From assembly GCA_028821395.1 (NCBI GenBank), contig JAPPGP010000186.1, positions 12,114-76,113 of the forward strand: DNA of 64,000 nt. Direction: 5' to 3'. Made by a program: the position numbers and the translations under genes. Source of the stretch: Defluviicoccus sp. (lineage in GTDB: Bacteria > Pseudomonadota > Alphaproteobacteria > MPNO01). The notes under the pieces are model-generated. The model saw only the letters and a program-made list of their open reading frames with translations. It had not been told where the DNA came from and made no database searches. Of this stretch, positions 39,032 through 48,284 are shown in pieces (the stretch's first letter is position 1; every line of letters starts with the position of its first letter).

Positions 39032-40477
39032 GTGACGGATGCGGACGCGTCGGGCGGCTCGAAGCCGGAGCTCCGCTTCGTCGTCTGCGGCGCGGCCGAC
39101 GCTGCCGCTTTCTCTTTCGAGACCGATACCCGCCGGTTCGTTGGCTTCGACATGCCCGACGGCGGGCGATACACGCGGAATTGGTTCGCCGAGGCGGCGA
39201 GCGCCGACCTCGCTCTCGTCTTGGCCGATGCCCGCACCGGCGTTTCGGCCCGGACCCGGCGGCACCTCTATATCGCCGCGCTGGCGGGGGTCCGCCGGGC
39301 GATCCTGGCGGTCGACAATGTGGACCTGTTGGATTGCGGCGGCGACGCGTTCGCGGCCATATCCGAGGAATGTCGCGGGTTCGCGCGCGAGCTCGGGATA
39401 GACGAGGTCGACGCCGTTCCACTCTCCGCCCGCGCCGGAGAGGATGTCTTCGCGGCCCCCTGGCATGACGGCCCGACGCTGATGAAAGCGCTCGAGGGTG
39501 CCGAGATCGATCGCGGCGATACGGCGGCGGAGCGGGAGCGACCGACGCGATCGGCCGACCAGTTCGCCGTTCATTTGGTCTGGACGGGTGCCGAGCCGAT
39601 GCTGCCGGGAAGGCCCTATGCGGTCCGTTTCGCCGGCGCGTCGGCTGTCGCGCAGGTGACCGATCTGACGCACCGGGTCGAGGTCGAGACGCTGAGGCAT
39701 CTCGCCGCCAAGACGCTGGCGGCGAACCAGATCGGCTATTGCAAGATCGCGCTCGACCGTCCGGTCCCGTTCGACACCGGCGCGGCGGGCGCGTTCGAGC
39801 TGGCCGACCGGTTCAGCGGCGCCACGGTGGGGGCCGGCGCGATTCGCTTCGCGCTCCGCCGCGCTTCCAACATCGCCTGGCAGGAGACCGGGATCGACAA
39901 GGCGGCGCGGGCCCGCGCGATCGGCCAGAGACCCTGCGTCGTCTGGCTGACCGGGCTGCCGGGGGCGGGCAAGTCGACCGTCGCCGACCTCGTGGAACGG
40001 AAGCTGCAGGCGGCGGGGCGGCACACCTATCTGCTGGACGGGAACAATTTGCGCCACGGTCTCAACCGGGATCTCGGCTTCACCGACCGGGACCGGGTGG
40101 AGAACATCCGCAGGGTCGCCGAGGTGGCGAAGCTGATGGTCGACGCCGGGTTGATCGTCATCGTCGCCCTGATCTCCCCGTTCCGCTCCGAACGGGCGAT
40201 GGCGCGGGGGACGATGGAGGAGGGGGAGTTCTTCGAGGTGTTCGTGGACACCCCCGTCGAAGTCTGCGAGGCGCGCGATCCCCGGGGGCTGTACGCCAAG
40301 GCGCGGCGGGGAGAGCTGGCGAACTTCACCGGGATCGATTCGCCCTACGAGGCGCCGGAGACCCCCGATTTGCGCATCGACACGACGGCGCTCCCGGCCG
40401 ACCGGGCGGCGGACGAGGTGCTGCGGCTGTTGCGGACCCGGGGCTCGAGGGCAGGGGACAGAGAGCGTTCGTCCTGA
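39032..40477 (+). CDS. cysC: Adenylyl-sulfate kinase fused to a degenerate, internally deleted CysN-like domain
   Basis: C-terminal [62 protein letters not shown]; N-terminal CysN remnants YTRN, ADLA, TRRH. Confidence 0.82.
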   Translation: MTDADASGGSKPELRFVVCGAADAAAFSFETDTRRFVGFDMPDGGRYTRNWFAEAASADLALVLADARTGVSARTRRHLYIAALAGVRRAILAVDNVDLLDCGGDAFAAISEECRGFARELGIDEVDAVPLSARAGEDVFAAPWHDGPTLMKALEGAEIDRGDTAAERERPTRSADQFAVHLVWTGAEPMLPGRPYAVRFAGASAVAQVTDLTHRVEVETLRHLAAKTLAANQIGYCKIALDRPVPFDTGAAGAFELADRFSGATVGAGAIRFALRRASNIAWQETGIDKAARARAIGQRPCVVWLTGLPGAGKSTVADLVERKLQAAGRHTYLLDGNNLRHGLNRDLGFTDRDRVENIRRVAEVAKLMVDAGLIVIVALISPFRSERAMARGTMEEGEFFEVFVDTPVEVCEARDPRGLYAKARRGELANFTGIDSPYEAPETPDLRIDTTALPADRAADEVLRLLRTRGSRAGDRERSS

Positions 40478-41150
40478 GGGGTGCCGCGATCACCCGGTCT
40501 CTTCGACCAAGCGTTCCCTGAACTCGACCGGGGTCAGGATCGGAACGGCGGAGCTTCCGGCACGTGCCAGCAGACCCTTGTCGCCGGTGACCAGGGCGTC
40601 CGCTTCGGCGGCAAGGGCCAAGGCGGGGAACGGCCGGTCGAACGGGTCGGGGCAGTGGGGAATTCCGCTGAAGCTCAGGACGGCGATCGCCTCGCACCGG
40701 GGCAGGTAGTCGCCCAGAAGGTGTTCGCGGTCGTCTTCGGTCAGAGCGAATTTCGGGTGGGCCAGAACGCGGATCAGCTCTTCCGTCGTGGCCCGGCTGG
40801 CCAGCGGGCGGATGGAGCCCGATTGCCAGGCGTGCCGCAGCCAGGCGAGCGAGTGCGCCGGGAACAGCAATGCCGAGAGCAGCACATTGGTGTCGAGCAC
40901 CACGCGCGGCGCGGTCATCGGTCTCGCGGTCGCCGCCGCGGGCCCACGCAACCGCGTCGGCCATGTCCTTCTCGCTCATCCCAAGCTCGGCGAGCTTGGC
41001 GCGCACGGCATCCGCCCGGTTGAGGCGTACGGGGGTCAGCACGATCCTTCCCTGGTCCTGCGAGACTTCGAAATACTCGGTCCCCGGACAGAACGCCAGG
41101 ACCGCCTTCGGCAGCGTCAGCTGGTTCTTGGAGGTGAACTTGGCCAGCAT
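40326..41150 (-). CDS. AbrB/MazE-family antitoxin; core is about 41150..40920, but the frame lacks the expected stop and runs on to 40326
   Basis: [47 protein letters not shown]. Confidence 0.75.
   Translation of the reverse strand: MLAKFTSKNQLTLPKAVLAFCPGTEYFEVSQDQGRIVLTPVRLNRADAVRAKLAELGMSEKDMADAVAWARGGDRETDDRAARGARHQCAALGIAVPGALARLAAARLAIGLHPPAGQPGHDGRADPRSGPPEIRSDRRRPRTPSGRLPAPVRGDRRPELQRNSPLPRPVRPAVPRLGPCRRSGRPGHRRQGSAGTCRKLRRSDPDPGRVQGTLGRRDRVIAAPLRTNALCPLPSSPGSATAAAPRPPPGRPGAPSCRCANRGSPAPRRANRSR
40490..40918 (-). CDS. PIN-family toxin
   Basis: [47 protein letters not shown]. Confidence 0.88.
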   Translation of the reverse strand: MTAPRVVLDTNVLLSALLFPAHSLAWLRHAWQSGSIRPLASRATTEELIRVLAHPKFALTEDDREHLLGDYLPRCEAIAVLSFSGIPHCPDPFDRPFPALALAAEADALVTGDKGLLARAGSSAVPILTPVEFRERLVEETG

Positions 41151-41288
41151 GGTCGTTTCCAATTGTAAGGTAGTAAGGAAAACATACGAATTCCTACCCC
41201 AGGCTTAAACCTCCGCACAACGCCTCTGCCCGGGGCGACGGATATCGCCGTCCCGCGCGTGTCAGGGAGGCATGAGGGGACGATCGCC

Positions 41289-41470
41289 ATGAAGGGCCTC
41301 GCGAGCTTCATCGTGCTCGACCGCTTCGGCCTCGGGGCGCGACATCCGTTCCACGACCGACTGCGAGAGCCTTTTCAAGGGGGTGCAGATCGGCCACCTT
41401 GGGGTCTCTCCCGCCGCCGTCGAAGACGCGGTCTTCCTCGACAGCCGCGACCTCGCGCCGGCTGACCATC
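41289..41470 (+). pseudogene. Deletion scar joining a DUF1800-like N-terminus to a DUF1501-like C-terminus
   Basis: MKGLASFIVLDRFGLGAR (frame from 41289) joined at GGGGCGCG to GRDIRSTTDCESLFKGVQIGHLGVSPAAVEDAVFLDSRDLAP (frame from 41335); family recognition is from memory. Confidence 0.6.
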
Positions 41471-41487
41471 GCATGGAGGTTTGGGCA

Positions 41488-42063
41488 ATGACCGCACGCG
41501 TCCTGGGGGCTCTGTTCGCCGTGGCCGTCATCGCGTTCCCGGGCGCGGCGAGCCGCGCCGCCGAGTACCGCATCGACCCGGCCCACAGCGTCGTCCAGTT
41601 CAAGATCTCCCATCTCGGCTTTTCCTGGATGGTCGGCGTCTTCGACAGGATCTCCGGAAGCTTCACCTTCGATCCGGCGGCGGGGCCGGCGGGCCAGAAC
41701 GTCTCGGTCGAGATCGAGACCGCCAGCATCGATACCGGCCATGCCGAGCGCGACAAGCATCTGCGCTCGCGGGGCTTCCTGAACGTGAGGAAGTTCCCGA
41801 ACGCGAATTTCGTCAGCACCGGCTACGAGGGCGGCGCCGAGGCCGGCACGATGAAGGGCAACCTCACCCTGATGGGGGTGACCAGGCCGATCGCCATCGC
41901 GGTGAAGAAGGTGGGCGAGGGGGACGACCCCTGGGGCGGCTACCGGGCCGGGTTCGAGGGCACGGTGACGCTCAACCGGCGGGATTTCGCCGCCGGTCGC
42001 AGGCTGGGCCCGGCGTCGGAGACGATGGAGTTCTTCCTCTCCATCGAGGGCATCCGCAACTAG
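41488..42063 (+). CDS. YceI family protein
   Basis: Signal peptide; YRIDPAHSVVQFKISHLGFS, SIDTGHAERDKHLRS, GNLTLMGVT, DPWGGYRAGF; GGAGG RBS. Confidence 0.92.
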   Translation: MTARVLGALFAVAVIAFPGAASRAAEYRIDPAHSVVQFKISHLGFSWMVGVFDRISGSFTFDPAAGPAGQNVSVEIETASIDTGHAERDKHLRSRGFLNVRKFPNANFVSTGYEGGAEAGTMKGNLTLMGVTRPIAIAVKKVGEGDDPWGGYRAGFEGTVTLNRRDFAAGRRLGPASETMEFFLSIEGIRN

Positions 42064-42078
42064 GCGGAGAGCGCCGCC

Positions 42079-42702
42079 ATGTGGCGCAACGGTGCCGACG
42101 GCTACGGTCTGGTCTCGATAGCGCTGCACTGGACCATCGCCCTCGGCACGATCGGCCTGGTGGCGCTCGGCGCGTGGATGGTGGGGCTCACCTACTACGA
42201 TCCCTGGTACAACGAGTCGCTCGCGCTCCACAAGGCGTTCGGCATCGCGGTGCTGGCGCTGGCGGCGGCCAAGCTCGGCTGGCGGGTCGCCGGCCGGAGC
42301 CCCGGCTTCGACCCCGGGATCGGGCCCTGGGAGCGCGCGGGCGCGACCGCAATGCATTGGGTGCTGAACGCCGCCATCGTGCTGCTTCCGGTCACCGGAT
42401 ACCTGATCTCGACCTCCGAGGGCGCGGGCATCGACATGTTCGGCGTATTCGAAGTGCCCGCGCTGTTCGGGATATCCGAACGAACCCGCGACCTCGCGAT
42501 CGAAATGCACTTCTACCTGGCCTACGGGCTGATCGTCCTGGTCGCCGGCCACGCGGGCGCGGCGCTCAAGCATCACTTCGTCGACCGGGGATCGACGCTG
42601 CGGCGCATGCTGGTTCCGCGACCCCCCTCACGCCGCCGCGGCCGATCTGCTAAATGGAGCGGCTTCCGCGCCCGAAACAGTCGTCGGAACGACCGGACAT
42701 GA
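42079..42702 (+). CDS. Cytochrome b561 (YceJ-like)
   Basis: YGLVSIALHW, LHKAFG, MHWVL..PVTGY, MHFYLAY..GHAGAALKHHF..TLRRM. Confidence 0.9.
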   Translation: MWRNGADGYGLVSIALHWTIALGTIGLVALGAWMVGLTYYDPWYNESLALHKAFGIAVLALAAAKLGWRVAGRSPGFDPGIGPWERAGATAMHWVLNAAIVLLPVTGYLISTSEGAGIDMFGVFEVPALFGISERTRDLAIEMHFYLAYGLIVLVAGHAGAALKHHFVDRGSTLRRMLVPRPPSRRRGRSAKWSGFRARNSRRNDRT

Positions 42703-44741
42703 CCGAAACGCAGACCGGATACCGCATCGGGGTCGATGTGGGGGGGACTTTTACGGACATCCTCTGCCTCGACGGGGAGAGGCTGCTGTCCGCCAAGGTG
42801 CCTTCCCTGCCGGGCCGCCAGTGGCGCGGCGTGCTGAACGCGCTCGCCGAGCTCGGCATCGACGCCGCCGCGATCCGGGTCTTCGTGCACGGCACCACCA
42901 TCGCGACCAACACCCTGCTCGAGCGCAAGGGCGCGAAGACCGCGCTGGTGACCACCGAGGGGTTCCGCGACACGCTCGAGATCGGCCGCACCAGGCGGCT
43001 GATCGGCGGGCTCTTCGACATCAAGTTCCAGCGTCCCAGGCCGCTGGTGCCGCGGGACCGGCGGTTCGAGATCGGCGAGCGCGTCGCGGCCGACGGCGAC
43101 ATCCTGTCCGATGTCGAGCCGGTCGGAATCGCCGCCATTGCCGAGCGGCTGCGCGGGCGCGGCTGCGAAGCGGTGGCGGTCTGCTTCATCAACTCCTACG
43201 CCAACGACGCCAACGAACGCCGCGCCGCAGACGCGCTGGCACAGGCGCTCGACGGCGTCGCGGTGTCGCAATCGGCGGCGGTGGTGCGCGAGAAGGGCGA
43301 GTTCGAGCGCTTCTCGACCTGCGTGCTCAACGCCTATCTGACGCCGGTGATCGACGACTATCTCGACACGCTGACCTCGGAGCTGGAAGGGCAGGGGATC
43401 GCCGCCCCGGTCAGCATCATGGGCTCCAACGGCGGCGTGATGACGCTGGCCAAGGCGTCCGAGTTCGCCGCCGGCACGTTTCTCTCCGGCCCGGTCGGCG
43501 GCGCCGGCGGTGCGGTGCGCATCTGCGAGATGGCGGGCGTCTCGTCGTGCATCACCTTCGACATGGGCGGCACCTCGACCGACGTGTCGCTGATCCACGA
43601 GCTCACGCCCCGGATCAGCCACGCCAACCAGATCGACGCCTACCCGCTCCAGGTGCCGCAGCTCGACATCCACACCATCGGCGCCGGCGGCGGCTCGATC
43701 GCCTGGATCCGGGAGGACGGCACGCTGGAAGTCGGCCCGCAGAGCGCCGGCGCGATCCCCGGCCCCGCCTGCTACGGGCGCGGCGGCGTCGAGGCGACGA
43801 TCTCGGACGCCAACCTGATCCTCGGCCGGCTGCCCGGCGACCGCGCGCTGGCCGGCGATTTGCGGCTGTCGAAGGCGCTGGCGGAGGACGCATTCCGCCG
43901 GCTTGCGGACGCGCTCGATGCCGAGGACATCGTCCGGCTCGCCGACGGCGTGCTCGGGGTCGCCGTCGCCAAGATGGCGGGCGCGGTGCGCGAGGTCTCG
44001 GTCCATCGCGGCTTCGATCCGCGCGATTTCTGCCTGCTGGGCTTCGGCGGGGCGGGGCCGATGCATGTCTTCCTGGTCGCCGAGGAGCTCGCAATCCCGC
44101 GCGTCCTGATCCCCCGCTATCCCGGACATCTGTCGGCGCTGGGACAGCTCCTCGCGGATCTGCGGCGCGACTTCGTGCGGGTCTGGGGCGGGCGGCTGGC
44201 GGCGCTCGACATCGCCGATTTCCGCGCCGAGGCAGATGCGATGCGGAGCCAAGCCAGGGCGCTGCTGGAGGGCGACGGATTCGCCTCGGACCGCCACGCC
44301 CACGATTTCAGCGTCGACATGCGCTATGTCGGGCAGTCCTACACGCTCGCCGTCCCTTGCGATCCCGAGTCCGCGGAGCTCGCGGAGCTCAGGGCCGCGT
44401 TCGGCGCGAGCCACGCCCGCACCTTCGGCCACGACGACACCGCGTCGGATGCGGAGATCGTCAACATCCGGCTGGTCTCGCGCGGCCTCGCCGACCGGCC
44501 CGCGCTCGCCTTCGGCCCGGAGCGCAAGGGCGATCCGCTGCTCGAACGGCGCCCCGTCTGGTTCGAAGACGGCTGGGTCGACTGCCCGGTCTACGACCGC
44601 GCCGCGATGCCGGCCGGCTACGCCCTGGAGGGGCCCGCGATCGTCGAGGAGGCGGGCGGGACCTCGGTGATCCCGCCGCGCTGGCGGGTCGAGGTCCACC
44701 GATCCGGGTCGCTGGATTGCCGGTTGCCGGCCGAAGGGTGA
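42699..44741 (+). CDS. Hydantoinase A / 5-oxoprolinase-family ATP-dependent subunit
   Basis: IGVDVGGTFTD, HGTTIATNTLLERKG, SGPVGG, DMGGTSTD, IGAGGGS, GPQSAGAIPGPACYG, FGGAGPMH, DMRYVGQ. Confidence 0.93.
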   Translation: MTETQTGYRIGVDVGGTFTDILCLDGERLLSAKVPSLPGRQWRGVLNALAELGIDAAAIRVFVHGTTIATNTLLERKGAKTALVTTEGFRDTLEIGRTRRLIGGLFDIKFQRPRPLVPRDRRFEIGERVAADGDILSDVEPVGIAAIAERLRGRGCEAVAVCFINSYANDANERRAADALAQALDGVAVSQSAAVVREKGEFERFSTCVLNAYLTPVIDDYLDTLTSELEGQGIAAPVSIMGSNGGVMTLAKASEFAAGTFLSGPVGGAGGAVRICEMAGVSSCITFDMGGTSTDVSLIHELTPRISHANQIDAYPLQVPQLDIHTIGAGGGSIAWIREDGTLEVGPQSAGAIPGPACYGRGGVEATISDANLILGRLPGDRALAGDLRLSKALAEDAFRRLADALDAEDIVRLADGVLGVAVAKMAGAVREVSVHRGFDPRDFCLLGFGGAGPMHVFLVAEELAIPRVLIPRYPGHLSALGQLLADLRRDFVRVWGGRLAALDIADFRAEADAMRSQARALLEGDGFASDRHAHDFSVDMRYVGQSYTLAVPCDPESAELAELRAAFGASHARTFGHDDTASDAEIVNIRLVSRGLADRPALAFGPERKGDPLLERRPVWFEDGWVDCPVYDRAAMPAGYALEGPAIVEEAGGTSVIPPRWRVEVHRSGSLDCRLPAEG

Positions 44742-44789
44742 GCCGGGCATTATGCGCCGCCGACGCGGGATCCCTGCGAAATCGAGGAT

Positions 44790-46121
44790 GTGACGATGGC
44801 GGACACGCTGGTCGAGGCGGCGCCCGAGCGCCCCGGCGCGATGGACAAGGCGGCGTATTTCGAGATTGCCGAACAGGCGCTGCCGGGCGGCGGGTTCGGC
44901 GGCTACAAGCTGCCGGACGATGTCCGCTTCGTGATCCACAAGGGCGAGGGGTCGAGGCTCCAGGACACCGACGGCAACTGGTACATCGACTATGTTGGCG
45001 GCGCCGGCGCGCTGATCCTCGGCCACGCGCCGCCCGTCGTGGTTGCCGCCGCCCAGGAGCAGGTGGCGCACGGGCTGCACCAGTTCGGCGCTCCCAACGC
45101 GCCGGTGCTGCGCTTCGCCGAGCGCCTGGTCGACGTCATCCCGTGTGCGGAGAAGGTGATCTTCGCGACCACCGGCTCGGAGGCCACGGCCTACGCGCTC
45201 AGGCTTGCCCGAGCCCACACCGGTCGCGACAAGATCTTGAAATTCGAGGGTGCCTTTCACGGCAACCACGACTATTCGAATTTCAGCGTGATCCCGAACG
45301 CGCTGTCCAACTACCCGCGGGGCCGGCCCGATTCGGCCGGCATCCCCGGGCCGCTGCACGATTGCGTGCTGGTGGCGCCCTATAACGATCTCGATGCCGC
45401 CGAGCGCATCGTCGCGGAACACCGGGACGACCTCGCCTGCGTGATCGTCGAGCCGGCACAGCGGGTGATCTTCCCGACGGACGAGTTTTTGCCCGGGCTG
45501 CGCCGGATCTGCACGGAAAACGAAGTGCTGTTGGTGTTCGATGAATCGGTAACCGGTTTTCGGCTCGCCCTCGGCGGCGCGCAGGAGTTCTTCGGAGTCG
45601 TGCCCGACCTCGCGGCCTACGCCAAGATCGTCGGCGGTGGCGTGGCGCTGTCGGCGGTCGCGGGCCCGGCGGAGATCGTCGACCGGGCCGATCCGGCGCT
45701 CGAGACCACTCCGGAATACGCCCACGTCAAGGGGACGATGCACGGCAGCCCGATTGGCGCGGCGAGCGGGATGGCGACGCTCGACATATTGTCCGAGCCC
45801 GGCTTCTACGCCCGCCTGCATGAAGGTGCGGAGGCCTTCGGCGCCGAGTGCCAGGCCGTGCTCGACCGCCACCGGCTGCCCGCCATCGTCACCGGCAAGG
45901 CCTCGCTCTGGCAGATCCTGTTCGCCGACCGGCATCCGGTGAACCACGGCGACATCATGGCCTCGGACCGGGCGGCGAGCCGCGCGCTCGACCTCGCGCT
46001 CCTCAAGAACGGGATCTACGTGCTGCCCAACGTGCGGCGCTTCGTCTCGGCGGCGCACGGGGCCGACGATTTCGAGCAGACCCTGAAGGCGCTCGACGCG
46101 GCCTGCCGCAGCGTCGCGTGA
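44790..46121 (+). CDS. Class III PLP aminotransferase (glutamate-1-semialdehyde aminomutase-like)
   Basis: DTDGNWYIDY, ILGHA, TGSEAT, KFEGAFHG, VIVEP, LVFDESVTGFR, DLAAYAKIVGGG. Confidence 0.88.
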   Translation: MTMADTLVEAAPERPGAMDKAAYFEIAEQALPGGGFGGYKLPDDVRFVIHKGEGSRLQDTDGNWYIDYVGGAGALILGHAPPVVVAAAQEQVAHGLHQFGAPNAPVLRFAERLVDVIPCAEKVIFATTGSEATAYALRLARAHTGRDKILKFEGAFHGNHDYSNFSVIPNALSNYPRGRPDSAGIPGPLHDCVLVAPYNDLDAAERIVAEHRDDLACVIVEPAQRVIFPTDEFLPGLRRICTENEVLLVFDESVTGFRLALGGAQEFFGVVPDLAAYAKIVGGGVALSAVAGPAEIVDRADPALETTPEYAHVKGTMHGSPIGAASGMATLDILSEPGFYARLHEGAEAFGAECQAVLDRHRLPAIVTGKASLWQILFADRHPVNHGDIMASDRAASRALDLALLKNGIYVLPNVRRFVSAAHGADDFEQTLKALDAACRSVA

Positions 46122-46825
46122 CGGGCGCGCGCATCAAGGGGAGCGCGGTCCTCTTCTCGGAGATGACGCCGGCGCCGGGCGACGAGGGCCGGTTCAACGA
46201 CTGGTACGACAACCACCACACGCCGAACCACGTGACCGGCGTGCCGGGGTTCCTGAGCGCCCACCGCTACGCCGCGCCGGACGGCCCGGGCTATCTCGCC
46301 GTCTACGACCTCGACGGCCCCGAGACGCTGGAGAGCCCGGAATACCGGTCGCGCAAGTACACCCCCGATGCGCGCACCAAGGCGATGCTGTCCTCGGTGT
46401 CGGGCTTCACCCGCTATGTCGGGCGCGAGATCGACTGCGCGTGCGCAGAAGGCGCCGGCGTCGAGGCCCTGGACTGTCCCTACATCCTCGCCGTCTTCTT
46501 CGCCGTGCCCGACGCGGCGCGGCCGGATTTCGAGGACTGGTACCGGAGCGAGCACATGGGGATGCTGCTCGCCTGCCCGGACTGGCGGATGGCGCGCATG
46601 ATGGCGGTGGTGGCCGCCGACCCCGATCCGTTCACCCACATGATGCTGCACTACGTCCGACGCGCGGACGTGCTCGATGCGCCCCAGATCCGCGCCGCGC
46701 GCGACACCCGGCGCCGCAACCGCCTCGCCGCCGAGAGCTGGTGGAACCCGCGCTTCGTCACCTACCGCAAGCGCGGCCGGCGATTCCTGAAGACCGATCC
46801 GTTCCTGGAGGGAGACAAGAGATGA
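46118..46825 (+). CDS. Tandem EthD/DUF4286-like dimeric alpha-beta barrel protein
   Basis: Two repeats FNDWYDNHH..VPGFLSAHRY..YLAVYDL and FEDWYRSEHM..CPDWRMAR; GTGA coupling. Confidence 0.72.
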   Translation: MTGARIKGSAVLFSEMTPAPGDEGRFNDWYDNHHTPNHVTGVPGFLSAHRYAAPDGPGYLAVYDLDGPETLESPEYRSRKYTPDARTKAMLSSVSGFTRYVGREIDCACAEGAGVEALDCPYILAVFFAVPDAARPDFEDWYRSEHMGMLLACPDWRMARMMAVVAADPDPFTHMMLHYVRRADVLDAPQIRAARDTRRRNRLAAESWWNPRFVTYRKRGRRFLKTDPFLEGDKR

Positions 46826-47202
46826 CCAAGGCCTATGACGACGGGCTGGAAATCCGCCGCAGCGTGCTCGGCGCCAAGTGGGTGGACCCGCAGCTCGAGA
46901 AGGCGAAGTCCGACGATTTCGTCAACACCATCCAGGAACACGTCACCGAGCACTGCTGGGGCCTGGTCTGGACCCGCGACGGGCTCGACCGCAAGACCCG
47001 CTCGATGCTGACGCTCGCGATCCTGACCACGCTCGGCAAGATGACCGAGCTCAAGGGCCATGTCCGGGGCGCGATCCACAACGGCTGCACGGTCGACGAG
47101 ATCCGCGAGGTGCTGCTCCACGCCACCGTCTATGCCGGCGTACCGGCGGGGGTCGATGCGTTCCGCAACGCCAAGGAGGCGCTGGACGGGCTGGAGCGGT
47201 AA
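46822..47202 (+). CDS. Carboxymuconolactone decarboxylase (PcaC-like) family protein
   Basis: GLEIRRSVLG, CWGLVWTRDGLDRKTRSMLTLA, ELKGHVRGA, YAGVPA. Confidence 0.9.
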   Translation: MTKAYDDGLEIRRSVLGAKWVDPQLEKAKSDDFVNTIQEHVTEHCWGLVWTRDGLDRKTRSMLTLAILTTLGKMTELKGHVRGAIHNGCTVDEIREVLLHATVYAGVPAGVDAFRNAKEALDGLER

Positions 47203-47235
47203 CGCCGCTCGATACGCCGTTGGCGTACCCTGCTC

Positions 47236-47344
47236 GTCATGCCCGGACTCGATCCGGGCACCCATGGGCGCCGCCACCGCTCGCGTCCGACCGCCATGCA
47301 GGCGGAGAGGCCGAGTGGATGACCGGAACAAGTCCGGCCATGAC
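47236..47344. repeat. REP doublet element, copy 4
   Basis: GTCATGCCCGGACTCGATCCGGGCACCC-spacer-GGATGACCGGAACAAGTCCGGCCATGAC; spacer clearly homologous to that of copy 2; between convergent genes. Confidence 0.85.
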
Positions 47345-47389
47345 GCGGTGGGGCGGGTTGCACAGGCGATCGGGAGCCTGGCCCCGCCC

Positions 47390-48130
47390 CTAAAAATCCC
47401 GCAGCAGACGCCCGCAGCCGGCGATCCGGTCCTCGATGCCGAGCGCCCTCAACGCGGCCCAGAGGGTCGCGCTGTTGCTGGTGACGACCGGCTTGCCGAG
47501 CGCTTCCTCCAGCGGCTCGATGGCATCGACGGTGTTGAAGTCGGTGCAGCAGACCAGCAGCGCCTCGGCTTCGGGCCGGTCGACCGCCATCGCGTGGTCG
47601 AACACTGCCCGGGGCGGGACGCGCGAGATCCGCTGGATGCCTTCGAGCGAGGCATTGAGCCCGAGCCCGGAGGCGGCGACCACCTCGATGCCGTGTGCGG
47701 CGAGGTACTCCGTCTCGTGCGCGTTGGTCTCCTCGGTATAGGGCGTCGCCATGGCGATCCGCGCGACGCCGAGCGCCTCCAGCGCGGCGAGGATCGCGCC
47801 CGCGGTCGAGATCCCCTCGACCCCGGAGACCTCGCGCATCTTGCCGAGCAGGCGGTCGGCGGGGCAGGCCATCGACCCGGCGGTGCAGCCATAGGCGACG
47901 AGGTCGACCGCGCAGGTCGCGAGCTCGCCGCAGGCGCGGTGGAGGTCGCGCATCATCTCCGCGAAGTCGTCCGCGGCCGGGTCGGGGTGCAGCGGCGAGC
48001 GGGTGAAATGGAAGGTGACGCCGTCCGGCTTCAGCCGGTTGAACTCGGTCTCGTTGACGGTGTTGCTCGGCGGCACGATCACCCCGATGCGGGCGCGCCA
48101 GCCGTCGGGCCTGATGCGATCCAGGGACAC
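47390..48130 (-). CDS. Asp/Glu racemase superfamily (maleate cis-trans isomerase/arylmalonate decarboxylase-like)
   Basis: RIGVIVPPSNTVNE, AYGCTAGS, ATPY, VCCTDF, GKPVVTSNSATLW; both catalytic Cys motifs present. Confidence 0.88.
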   Translation of the reverse strand: MSLDRIRPDGWRARIGVIVPPSNTVNETEFNRLKPDGVTFHFTRSPLHPDPAADDFAEMMRDLHRACGELATCAVDLVAYGCTAGSMACPADRLLGKMREVSGVEGISTAGAILAALEALGVARIAMATPYTEETNAHETEYLAAHGIEVVAASGLGLNASLEGIQRISRVPPRAVFDHAMAVDRPEAEALLVCCTDFNTVDAIEPLEEALGKPVVTSNSATLWAALRALGIEDRIAGCGRLLRDF

Positions 48131-48284
48131 GGGCGTTTCCTCTGTCCGGTTGGCTTCGAGCTTGCCAAGCCGGTGGCGGCCGGACAAGCGCGCAAGGGGG
48201 CGGCCAAGCGGGCGGCACGAGCCGCCGGTTCCATCGCCGGCGGATGCGCTTTACTGTGTGGCGGCAGACTGCGGGGAGGGGGAC

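Noticed and set aside
36000-41300. Prophage or integrative element around the TA modules
   Set aside because: No integrase, tRNA, att-like repeats or phage genes visible
44790-46121. Calling the aminotransferase hemL
   Set aside because: Lacks HemL-typical PGGVNSPVR and GTLSGNP segments, and the context is catabolic
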